A stretch of DNA of 64,000 nucleotides, taken from contig OZ249436.1 in assembly GCA_965235115.1 (NCBI GenBank), positions 33,790,001-33,854,000 of the forward strand, given 5' to 3'. The position numbers and the translations under genes were made by a program. Shown here piece by piece: positions 12,486 to 22,839 of the stretch. The first letter of the stretch is position 1; each line of letters starts with the position of its first letter. The stretch is from Laetmonice hystrix. Taxonomy: Eukaryota. The notes under the pieces are model-generated. The model was not told the DNA's origin and made no database searches. It saw nothing but the letters and a program-made list of their open reading frames with translations.

Positions 12486-13223
12486 TTACATAGACGGGGT
12501 CGCCGGAGATTCTAAAGACACAAGAGCCGAGCGCAAGACGTCAATGGCCCTTTGCTGCCTGCTGCCGTTCCTGACCTGTCCCTCCAACTCGTGGATCCGA
12601 CCCTGCCGGGCGTCGATGGCCTGTTGATGGGCCGTTCCTAGGTCTTGCAGGTGGAGCTCGTAAAGCTGCTCCCGCCTATTCCAATACGCCCGTTGTCGCG
12701 TTGTCAGGAACTCCTGTAGATCTCTGGCGTAGCAGAGCCACTCCTCAATACTAGCCAGCTGCTGCTGCAGCTGGGTCAGATGCAGCCCGCGTCCCTCCCT
12801 GTCAGCCGGGACGGGCTGAGCGTCGAGTGCCGGTGTGACCAGACTCTCAGACGGGGGGCGCGTGGGTGACCCATTCCTAAGTTGGGGAGTTGGTGCTGGG
12901 GTGGCCGCCGGACGCCCTGCTGTGGACGCCGCTGGTGTCTGGCCCTGCGGTGGGGGGTTCTGAGAGTGCCGTGGTGACCCTCGGGGGCCCATCTCTCTCT
13001 GCCGACGGTGGCTGGCCTCACGGGGGTGCCCAGGCTGCCCTCCGGTGCGTGCTCCTCGGTGGCCGGGCCGAGTTCGGTCGGCCAGGTGGGGCCTGTCTCT
13101 GCTGGTCGGGGGTCGGCGCTGCCCTCCCTGGGGGCGTGTGACGTCGGGGTTCGGCTGGCCTCCCCTGGCCGCCGCTGTTTCTCCGTCAAAATCGGTGCCC
13201 GCGTGAATCTCAATAGTGTCCAT
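12486..13223 (-). CDS. Accessory ORF (245 aa) of the LTR element; Pro/Arg-rich N-half, helical/coiled-coil-like C-half
   Basis: ATG-initiated and intact, in the same orientation as gag, in the env-like position. No signal peptide or TM segment is evident. Confidence 0.6.
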   Translation of the reverse strand: MDTIEIHAGTDFDGETAAARGGQPNPDVTRPQGGQRRPPTSRDRPHLADRTRPGHRGARTGGQPGHPREASHRRQREMGPRGSPRHSQNPPPQGQTPAASTAGRPAATPAPTPQLRNGSPTRPPSESLVTPALDAQPVPADREGRGLHLTQLQQQLASIEEWLCYARDLQEFLTTRQRAYWNRREQLYELHLQDLGTAHQQAIDARQGRIHELEGQVRNGSRQQRAIDVLRSALVSLESPATPSM

Positions 13224-13452
13224 GACAGCAACTTAGAATGACTTGTTATATCGACCTAGTACAACTCCAGAATGAGGGTCAGTCTCTCCAGCCCTACATA
13301 ATTATACCCTCCAAACTAGGCAAGTAATAAATAGAAGCCTTGTTTAACTTTTATACCTTTTGTAATTTGACACTTTCTTTGCTAACTTGGGGGTTTCACA
13401 TCCTACCCGGTCGTCTCGGCGGGCAGGCAACATCATCCTCACCGCAACTAAC

Positions 13453-13526
13453 GGTTGTCCATAAAAGTATCAGGCTGCTGAGGGTTGTCCATAAAAGTAT
13501 CCGACTGCTGATGGTTGTCCATAAAA
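13453..13526. repeat. 30-bp tandem repeat (3 copies)
   Basis: GGTTGTCCATAAAA at 13453, 13483 and 13513. Confidence 0.85.
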
Positions 13527-15599
13527 CCACCCGGTTTTGTGTAGTAGTCCCTAAAACAATTAGTGGGGGTGTCGGCGGCAGACCAACAGATCAAGGGGAC
13601 TTGCCGCAGTCCGTCCTGTGCGCTGGAGGACGACACCCTGCCGGGGCCTGGACCACGGGGAGGGTGGCGGTGCCACCACGCTGGCCCCCTCATGGCACCT
13701 AACTGGCATGGCCAGCAGACAAAACATCTTCTAGTCTCCAATCAACTAGTTAGTAATACAAAACTACCTAACTACCCATCATATATAGCTGGACTCTGTG
13801 TCCCGCGGAGATTCCTACCGACCATATTACGTCATACTACAAACTCCAATAATAACTGTTTTGAACCTATAAACTTCCCTTAATGCTTCGCTCCACATGG
13901 GGCTCTGTAATAGCACTCAAGTCATATGCAAAAACTGGTGGTCGAATACCCTCGACCTTCCATAAACACAATGAATACATGTGAGAAATAATCACACCTA
14001 AAAGACTAATTCAAACAACTGAAATCCATAACTGCCCCATTGGGAAAAATGTGCTTGCCGCCAAAGCACTGTCAACCAAATACATGTACGTGTGTATATG
14101 TACTCACTAACCCTACCTAACAGGGGAACTGTCACTGAAATAAGTCCCTTGACCTATTCTAACTTGTTCTTCCTAAACAGAGATCACACACCCTGATATA
14201 AAATAAAACATTTCCATGATCAACCACCAGACAAAAGAAAACTGGCTTAGTCCATAAGAGCGACTATGAGTTCCATGACCCATCTTCACGTAGCTATGTC
14301 CAAATAGGACAATCAAAAATAAAAACCTCCGGAGTAACCGCTTAACTCTAGGAAACGTATATCAACGCACAACATCATCTTTCTGGCCAAGTAGCGGCCT
14401 ATATACCCCAGGACCTTTGTCCTGTATCCTCAACGAGTAAACACTTTACACATTAAATTTACAAAGGCACTTGCCTATCCGTATTCACCTATCATATATT
14501 GCTTCTGCAGAAACCTGGCGCCTCCTAACCGGCACATAAGTACACCCATTAACACCATCAATAGCCAGCGATAATACACACACCACACACCAACCCTTGT
14601 TAACTATCCAACTCTCCCCTCATAAAACATTTCCAAGGGATGCTCCTCATCAGAGCCGTCCTGCCGCTAGGATGTAACTCTCCCACACTAGATGTCTTTG
14701 ATGACCGGCGATGTGGTCAGCTCACTGACCGCTCTGTTCTACCGCACTTCACACCTCATCTAATTACTTTGCACTCTTGACCTACCCCGTTGATCAGACA
14801 ACAACTGCGAAAAACTGGAAACTTGCACTCCACACACTCTGTACTAGAATTCACAATAAATAGGTTACATTCACCTGCAACATGTACCTCAAACTGAAGG
14901 AAACAACTTTTGTAGACAAAACACCTGTGTCTACATTTTCACTCTTTAGACTGATTCAGTCCAAATATTCCTCTGATGTTTTTAACTGTATGTCAGTCCT
15001 CAAAAGTCCCAACCTCAACGGATGCCTTCCCTATCACTCAATAAAAAAGATACTGCACCCTCGTGCGACAAAATCAACCACAGCCACAGCTCACTGCTGC
15101 TTCCTCAGCTGTCCATAATGAGTGATAGAGGATCAACCTGACAGCTTGTCCCGATACCAAGAAAAGATAAAACCCTATAAGTCTAGCCGCAACTCATTGC
15201 TGCATCCGTGGCTACCACTGGCGCTTCTCATGGAACGTACGACACTGAATAAATAAAAAAAAATGCACCGAACCTATTGCAGACGAGACAACAAAAGTCT
15301 ATACTTTGGGACTGACACACACATCAGGCAGACTCTCGACTGCTTACTAATCTCTTCATCTATCTCAACAACCCGGGCGTACATATGTGAATACACTAGT
15401 TAACAACACTACTCCTTCCCTTTCTTTCATCTCTCGCAGTTATCATCCCTCCTGTTCAAACGTTACTTGGCGGTCTATTCGTTATACATGTAGACTACTT
15501 CGCCATCCTCAGTTACACCCGATGTTATGTAACATTTTACTGACGCCCTTGGTGTCGCGGGGTTGGGGTGGGTGTGGGTTGCAGGCATCTGCCCTGGGT

Positions 15600-18500
15600 T
15601 TACAATGTCGGGGTGGTCACCATGTGGGTCGCCTTCTGGGGTTCAGACAGGCTGCCGACAGTGTCTGAGACCCACTGCGTCAATGGGGGCCATTGAGGAT
15701 CTCCCCAATGGTCCGAGCTCAATGGTCCGATCTCTCGGTGGCGGGTACGGCTGCATTCCCACAGGCCAACGGACAGGGGGTGTCGCTGCCCAACTTTCAC
15801 ATCATCAAAACCATAAAACGCCTCATCAACACCCTCATCAGGGGGTTCTCCTCCGCTGATGAGCAACTTCTCATCGGGTCCGACCCGCAGGTCAGGTGGC
15901 CCCTCCGTCAATAGTGTTGGGGAGTCCCACAGCTCCACCTTTGTTCTCCCTCCATGGCCGTCTCGACCCTTGGATGTAGGATCGGTCATCCTGTCCCACA
16001 GTGGGTGCATTGTGGGAGGGAGGGTTCCGACTGGCCCATCACCGACTGGACCTGCCTTCCCGGAAACCTGAGGCCTGGTCGTTCGCAGGTCATTACTGGC
16101 AGGCAGCCCAGTCGTCCTCTGGCAACCAAAGTGGGTACTGGGGCCCCCAATAAACTCATTAGGCTCCGCCATGAAGGTGTCAGCTAGGCGATCCCAGCTC
16201 GTTGGGCTGTCCAGCAAGGCCTCCACGGTGGGGGCGGCGTCCCCGACACCAGTTAAAACAATGCCCCTCTGTCCAGGCTCTCTGCCGACATCTCGCCCTG
16301 CATCCCTTTGATATGTGTCCACAGGCACACCCAGACTGCGTGAGGGTCGGAGCCGTGGGACGGGACTGGGTCGGGTGGAGACGGGCGGGGACCGGGGTCC
16401 ACTGGTGCCATCCTGGCTTGTTCCCACGTGAGCACATGAGGGAAGGCACCCAGAACGCATGAAGATCGCCACTCCATTTAATCTGATAACATCGTCCCTC
16501 AGGTCAATCACTCCGTTTTGCTTTAATATGAAATCCAAACCAAGAATACCCTGCAGTCCCCATATGTTAGCAACAATCGTCTCATGTTTGTACTGATGCC
16601 CCTGTACACCCAGCTCTACATCTATCTTCCCGTAGACATCAAGGGGCTCACTATTGACAGTCCTTAACTTAGAATCACTGTGGATTAACTTTGGACGCGC
16701 AGAACTTTCTATATCCAGAAAAACTGATTTGTCAATCACCGTTACCGACGAACCCGTGTCAATCAGCATGTCAGCTGTAACTCCACAAATATCAACCCTA
16801 ACATATTTACACTTTTCTCTAGCCAGAGCTAGTATCATCTCCGACTCATTTGAATTCTGATAATTTATATCATGTGGTTGGTTCCTAGACTGTCCCTCAG
16901 TTGGTTGACTCTGCCTTGCGTCATTCCCACCATCTCTATAATTTGGCCTCTGCCTAACTGGATTTCTTCGCCTCATGTCTTCCTGCCTCAGCATACAATC
17001 GGCTTGGAAATGCCCCTTCTTTTGGCAGTAGAAACAGATACTTTCTCCCCTCCCTGTCCGGGATCTGTCAGTCATCTCTGTCCGCACTGCTTTAACTATC
17101 AGTTCCTGCAGCTGGTTGGGACTGAGGGATGCAGGGGCCGTCAGTTGGCCGTCGGCCGGCACGCGAGGAGGCATAGAGTTCCCGACAGGCTGTACTGCTG
17201 CCAGCCTTCCCCTCCTACTCTTAATAGCCTTGGCTATTGACTGGCTCTCAATAGCCACCGTCACGGCCTCCTCTAGCGTGCGACATCGAGCCTTTCTGAC
17301 GTCCTGCTGCACCTCCTCACTCCACAAACCCTGGCAGTACCGTTCGACCAATTCATACTCATCTCTACCATATGTAGCTGGGAAAGCCTTTCTGTATAGG
17401 TCTTTGAGGGCCCGCCCAAACTCGTCTACAGCTTCACCCTTTATCTGGCAACGGTTGTAATAGTCCGTCCTGAAAGCAACTTGTCTGCCCTCAGGAGCGA
17501 ACCTACTATTTAACATTTGTTTCAGTGACCCCAGGTGGCGTTTCTGGGATGGCTGGAGGTCCCGCATTACCGTGCTGGCCGGAGGTCGCAGAGCAGCCGC
17601 CAGCTGCACGGCAGCCTCGGCATCTGTCCAGCCATTCCAACCAGCCACCTGGTCGAAGTGTTCCTCATAATCCTCCCATTCCCGGGCCTTCCCATCGAAC
17701 TTGTCTAAGTTTAATGGGTCCCTTCTAATTGGTTTGGGGGTGACTGGGCGGGGGTCTCTGTGCCATCTCTCCATCTCACTGTCTCTCCTGCCTCGGCGCA
17801 CGCTGAATCTGGGGTAGTGGCCACCATCACCCTCATCAGCCGAACTATCTGAGTGGCTTGGCCGTTGACTTGGCCATTGGGGGCGGGTGCGTAGAGACAC
17901 AGGGCTGTAGAGATCATAGTCCTTTCTGTGGGGGTGGGGGTTGATATGGGAATATGGTGTGGCCATATGGGAACGGGGGTGACCACGGTGGGGCTCCCTG
18001 TGGGGACGGGGGTCATCATAAACTTCTCTCGGTGTGAGAGCCTCACGCTGTGGGTAGACCTCCTGCTGATGGTGTCCACCCTGCTGTGGGCTGCCCACCC
18101 ACTGGCTTGGGCGGGGGGTGGGACGGGGCCGGCCAGCCGACAGGCGGGGGCGATCTCCCGATGGGTGGGAGGGTGTCCTCACACAATGGGGCTCTGTCCT
18201 TGGCGGGCTGGCCAGTCTGATGGGGCTGTCGGCGTCCTTTCGATGTGGACTGCTGGGTGACTGGGCGTTCCTTCGATGTGGACTGCTGGGGGACTGGTCG
18301 TTCCTTCGATGTGGACTGCTGGGGAACTGGGCGTTCCTTTGATGTGGACTGCTGGGGGACTGGTCTGGCGTTGGGAGCACGTAGTCGGTGACCACGTACT
18401 CATCTGGGGAGTCACAACTATGCACACAGAGTGCATCAACGTACTCAGCCTGGGAGTCACTATGCACACTTAGTGCAACCGACTCCCGGGAGTACGCTGC

Positions 18501-18620
18501 CCGGACATCGCTTCGTTGTCGGCTGCCTAAACTGGAGGTGGATGCATGTCTGCGTAGTAGGCCAGGCAGCGATCTGATAGAGTCAGACAGCCGCCTGAGC
18601 CTGTCCTTTGCCCGGTCCAT
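15600..18620 (-). CDS. Gag-protease polyprotein (about 1006 aa from the first ATG) with an unassigned tail of about 290 aa
   Basis: Gypsy capsid-like region (KFDGKAREWEDYEEHFDQVAGWNGW...LNSRFAP), zinc knuckle CFYCQKKGHFQADC, aspartic protease LIDTGSSVTVI...GILGLDF. First ATG at 18620 (GAG ATG G); the ORF track starts earlier at a TTG. Confidence 0.92.
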   Translation of the reverse strand: MDRAKDRLRRLSDSIRSLPGLLRRHASTSSLGSRQRSDVRAAYSRESVALSVHSDSQAEYVDALCVHSCDSPDEYVVTDYVLPTPDQSPSSPHQRNAQFPSSPHRRNDQSPSSPHRRNAQSPSSPHRKDADSPIRLASPPRTEPHCVRTPSHPSGDRPRLSAGRPRPTPRPSQWVGSPQQGGHHQQEVYPQREALTPREVYDDPRPHREPHRGHPRSHMATPYSHINPHPHRKDYDLYSPVSLRTRPQWPSQRPSHSDSSADEGDGGHYPRFSVRRGRRDSEMERWHRDPRPVTPKPIRRDPLNLDKFDGKAREWEDYEEHFDQVAGWNGWTDAEAAVQLAAALRPPASTVMRDLQPSQKRHLGSLKQMLNSRFAPEGRQVAFRTDYYNRCQIKGEAVDEFGRALKDLYRKAFPATYGRDEYELVERYCQGLWSEEVQQDVRKARCRTLEEAVTVAIESQSIAKAIKSRRGRLAAVQPVGNSMPPRVPADGQLTAPASLSPNQLQELIVKAVRTEMTDRSRTGRGESICFYCQKKGHFQADCMLRQEDMRRRNPVRQRPNYRDGGNDARQSQPTEGQSRNQPHDINYQNSNESEMILALAREKCKYVRVDICGVTADMLIDTGSSVTVIDKSVFLDIESSARPKLIHSDSKLRTVNSEPLDVYGKIDVELGVQGHQYKHETIVANIWGLQGILGLDFILKQNGVIDLRDDVIRLNGVAIFMRSGCLPSCAHVGTSQDGTSGPRSPPVSTRPSPVPRLRPSRSLGVPVDTYQRDAGRDVGREPGQRGIVLTGVGDAAPTVEALLDSPTSWDRLADTFMAEPNEFIGGPSTHFGCQRTTGLPASNDLRTTRPQVSGKAGPVGDGPVGTLPPTMHPLWDRMTDPTSKGRDGHGGRTKVELWDSPTLLTEGPPDLRVGPDEKLLISGGEPPDEGVDEAFYGFDDVKVGQRHPLSVGLWECSRTRHREIGPLSSDHWGDPQWPPLTQWVSDTVGSLSEPQKATHMVTTPTL

Positions 18621-18654
18621 CTCCGCTCTTGAACTCACGCCAGCACACAGCTCC

Positions 18655-18674
18655 AATCCTGGTCACGCGCACCA
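18655..18674 (-). other. Primer-binding site, tRNA-His-like
   Basis: TGGTGCGCGTGACCAGGATT versus the recalled complement of the invertebrate tRNA-His 3' end, TGGTGCCGTGACCAGGATT (one extra G). Confidence 0.75.
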
Positions 18675-18681
18675 GAAATTC

Positions 18682-19589
18682 TGTAGCGACCCTGACTGTG
18701 GGTGTTAGTTTTAGTACAGGGCCGGGGATAGTTTACTTCTCGTTGTGTTCATTTACCTCGAAAGGATTGAGACGGTGTGGCTGGAGTGGGGGAAAATGGA
18801 CTAAGGTGTTAAATATGGGCAAAGAGGGGAGGTGAGACATAACACAGCATATAGTTGATAATGAAATATATTGGTCACTTCACGGTCCCTGACCCGTTGT
18901 GGTTGGCGGCTTACCTGGTTCATGTGCACGTCAGTTACAAATCAAGATAGCGGGTTTAGACAGGGGGGGGGGTACATCTCTTGGGAGAGCGCCACTCCTT
19001 TGGGAGGCGAGCCAGCTAGCAACACACACCGCGGAACAGCAGGGTAGGTCTTCGGCGCAGAAGGTAGCACTGGGTTGGGAGGCTCGGCATTGACCTATCA
19101 GTCGCCAGCCTCAGCCGGACCAGGTTGCCGAATGCACTCCCGCTGCTGGAAACTGAAGATTCTCTTGTAGACCAGTGCCGCCAACTGCGCGCTTACTCCG
19201 CTCTCCCGACTGCTGCTCTACTGCTGCTCTACTGCTGCTCAGGCGGGTGGTGGTGCTGGCTGCCGTCCCATCGGAGAGGGTGGATCACTCTCCCCGAATA
19301 CAGGGCGTGCAGGCCCTTATAAAGGGGGGACCCTGCAGCCTACCAGGCCGGCGACCAGTGAGGGGCAGCCCTCTCCACCCGGCCAGCGGGGCTGACCAAT
19401 GGGCAAGCATCCGCCCAGGAGTGGCCTGAGATTGACGTCTCAGCTCCCCACTTGGCCACGCCCACGCACGCACAGTCTGGACACTGGCGGGTGGGAGGGA
19501 GGCCACCACGGTCACCGGCACATACACTAGAATAAGGCCTTACAATAAACTTAAGGGAAAAATGCACACACAAACCCAAAATCGCCACA
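18682..19589 (-). repeat. 5' LTR (908 bp)
   Basis: Reads TGTGGCG...CGCTACA on the minus strand and is followed by the PBS. No differences from 10949-11856 seen by eye. Confidence 0.97.
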
Positions 19590-19596
19590 ATACCAT

Positions 19597-19743
19597 CAGT
19601 GGCATAGCGTCGGGGGCACAGAGGCATTGTTATACTTTGTTTCCAGACATTATGAAGGCACATGTCCCCATTTTTACCAGTATTATTAAGACTGACTCCG
19701 AACTCCTTTGCCCCCCACTTATTGGGGTCACGTTATGCCTATA
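19597..19743. mobile_element. Possible short MITE (CAGTGGCATAGCGT...ACGTTATGCCTAT)
   Basis: Imperfect TIR and G/C-run interior similar to 3447-3607. Confidence 0.35.
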
Positions 19744-20049
19744 TAGGTTTAGGCGGGGCAAGCTGTAACAACTAACCCGTAACAACTATCCCGAGACGGA
19801 ATTTTTTACATAAGCACATTTTTAGTAAAAACAGTGCATGGCTGCAGCTTGACTTCTCGCACAATGTGAGGCCACTATACTCAAACATTGTACCGATGTC
19901 CAAACGAAAGCAGTGCCAGAGCCATTCGAGAATCCTCGGCCATATCTTCGAAAGTAGCCTCGGGTGAAATAGGCGACATTTTGAGCATTGCATCGCGGGT
20001 ATATTTAGCCGGGACTCTCGCCAGCATGGCAGTGCTTGCAGTATTTTGC

Positions 20050-20151
20050 CTGCATCAGGCATGGAAGCAACTAAAAAAGGCCTCCAGCGCTTTCCCCAAA
20101 GTCAGTGGGCAATATTACGATAGTATCATGTTCATGTTCAAGTAGTCCTAC
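20050..20151 (-). pseudogene. RecQ-like SF2 helicase motif I relic (possibly Academ-transposon derived)
   Basis: VGLLEHEHDTIVILPTDFGESAGGLF*LLPCLMQ resembles D(V/T)xxxLPTGxGKSLx(Y/F)QLLP. Confidence 0.55.
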
Positions 20152-22285
20152 TGTGTGTCGTGCTGTTGTCGTTCATGGGCGCGGCCATATTTCTTCCCAT
20201 AATTTGAAAAATTACCGTATCACGCCCATTAGGTAAATTAAGCGATTCATTTTTCTTCTTCAAACGTTCCCCTTCATACCAGAAATTTATATTTGCACAT
20301 ACAACGCCGAAGGAGCAGGTTTCAATAATGCACTACTTCCTGGCTCAATGGGATATGACGGTTCACTCAGTGCCTCGCTACACAGGTCGATTTCGCCATA
20401 TATCTGGTTGCCAACGCCCATTTCACCCGAGGGTATATGCAGAAATGACGTCCTATGCCCGAGGGAATCCCGAATGTGCCAGAGCCTGTGTCAGAGCTCT
20501 CACGAAATCTTTTTAGAGTCAAAATCTCACTTTGACCATCAATTTGTTTTTCAACATAACTTTTTTAGTTAGGCCTATAGAGCGATCAGCGCTGGCGTTT
20601 ACTCGCTCATGGTTCTTGAAAGAAGTGATGGCTTGATGCTGTTCAGCGTGGCTTCTATCCTCTAGATTCGGAAATACAGGGTTGGACGTGTACCAACTAG
20701 ACCCGGTCTCCCCTACATTGCCCGCGCGCGTAATTTCGGGTATAAGATGAATATCGTATTATCTGTGATATGTTGGCCAACATCGCAGCAATCAAATGGT
20801 CATAATAATGGTCATGAACTTAGCCCAGTGCAGACAACATGCTTCTCTTACGGTACAGTAAAACAGTGGGTTTAAGTTACCACTATACGGAACCTTTCAG
20901 AGTACTAGGGCATTCCTAGTAAACAAATTCAATAGATAATTTTTTATATAGTCTATATATATATATAGGCCTAGCAGAGGAACGAGTTTTTACTAACTAA
21001 AATATAGATCTCTTATTCTCTTACGTCAGTCTACAGACCTAGCCCTAGCCCTACCCCTAACCCTCAGTTAGGCCTATAAGAAACTACCTCAGGCCGGAGT
21101 AAACGGATTTGAGTGTAGGCCTACGTGACCTAGCGCACCTGCTGGCCTACGTGACCTAGCGCACCTGCATGCAGTTCTGAGCCAATCAAACGTATTTCAG
21201 AGTAGATTCTATCTTAAAGGATCATAACACAGCCGTAGGGTACAGAATTCAATCCTGTGAGGAGAGGCACTATCCCGAGCAAGTTCTCGGCTTGCACTTT
21301 AAACTATTCCCTGAAATATATTGAAGATATTGACATTGCATTACGTCGGCCTACATTGGACAAAACTATAGTACTTCCAACGGCCTTTACAGCATTTTGA
21401 TGAATGCCCCGTGAGGTACACGGGAACAAAATCCTCCCCCACAATCCCATGATGTGACGATGCCTGTGAAACGTTTGTATAGCACCTATGTAAGGATACA
21501 ATCAACACCAGTCAAGTGTAATTCATGCGTAATGACGCGTTAATCTCGGGCTGTGAAATCCTTCACACCTTATTCGCACACTTAACATGCATTCGATGGA
21601 GAACAGCAGTGAACGAACATTCGTATTTTACCGTTTGCTTAGACAAATGTCGATTATTCCGATGATATGTTCCGGTTACAATTTACTCTACCCGTTATAC
21701 CTCAATCGGCATCTTTCATCGTTTGCTAGTTTATTCGGAGGGGACGTGGGGGTGTTGTCCCTGACGACAGTACGTTTCCAAATTTAGTTGCGTGTCCTTC
21801 GCTTTCATGAATGTTACCAGGACGTTTTTAATGGACACACAAACGCACTTTGGCGAGGAAGGCGTGGGTGGCTATATATACGGCCAATTGTTATTCACAA
21901 GTGTAATGCGATAGGCCTTTGTAAATTAATATAGCGCCCGTTCTGGATATAATTTGTCGGTTTAGGGTAACCTATTATACGCAGGTTCAAAAGTAAGATT
22001 AGGATAATAAGATTCTACATGTCTGATCCACTGGCCCGACCGGCCAATGTTTCTATGGTTGGCCGTGCATGGTGGACAAAAATCAAGAATGCATCTTACC
22101 GAAAACATAAAATCATGTCTTCGTGATTTTAGATTTTACGGCCAATTATAACGGTGACATGGTGCGTCACAAATTGATACTTTTTTAATCTTGATTTGAC
22201 TGTAATAATAAGTCTAACCCGCGGTAAAATCGGTACCAGTCATTGAATTTATTTTGACACTTCCCTCTCTCTATTTCTGTTTTAG

Positions 22286-22694
22286 GGTTGCGCTTCTAAT
22301 TCAAATCGTACACTTTGAATTTGGCGTCGAGGGTTGGCCATTGTCGAGGAAAACAACTGCAGCTGACAACAGTACTTTCAATATCGCGAATCAAACATTG
22401 CAAGAGGCTACGGGGATCGAACCTTCCGATTTCACAAAAGTTTCATTGGGAGAAACGCAAGAACTAAAGTTGTCTGATGTCGCGTCGAGTGCGGTTCGAG
22501 TGACACGACGGCAGTCGTTGGTTCCGGTGATGAAGGGGCTATGTCACCGGATTTGCCATCACTGTCGGCAGGTTGCCTCCCGCAGGGTGGCAGCTTTATG
22601 CCATGGTGAATGCCAATGGAACGGAGAAATGTATCGAGCTTGCCTTACTTTGTGGGTGTTGTACGTGGATCTAGGACTATATAACGTATCATAG
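22286..22694 (+). CDS. Exon of a putative secreted six-cysteine neuropeptide precursor (eclosion hormone/CHH-like spacing)
   Basis: Strong acceptor (CTCTCTCTATTTCTGTTTTAG), hydrophobic stretch VALLIQIV...GVEG, propeptide, RVTRR convertase site, then Q-initiated C-x3-C-x2-C-x11-C-x3-C-x9-C and a TAG stop. The start-codon exon is not identified with certainty. Confidence 0.72.
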
Positions 22695-22839
22695 AAGTCG
22701 TGCATGGTTGGTGCAAGAATAACAAGAATTGTCTCAGGCCGAACAATGTATGATTGTTAAATGACTGACCCTGACTGACAGAGGTCTTTCTTTTGGCACC
22801 GACTTCTAGATCTACAGCGTTCGCGTTATTACTTTAAAC

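Larger units (their letters stand above)
10949..19589 (-). mobile_element. Gypsy-type LTR retrotransposon, non-autonomous (gag-protease plus extra ORF; no RT/RH/IN seen)
   Basis: Two 908-bp LTRs (TG...CA), ATAC target-site duplication (10945-10948 and 19590-19593), PBS and PPT placing the element on the minus strand, and a gag-PR ORF. Confidence 0.95.

Noticed and set aside
12486-13223. env gene
   Set aside because: No signal peptide, furin site/fusion peptide or transmembrane anchor; kept as an unknown accessory ORF.
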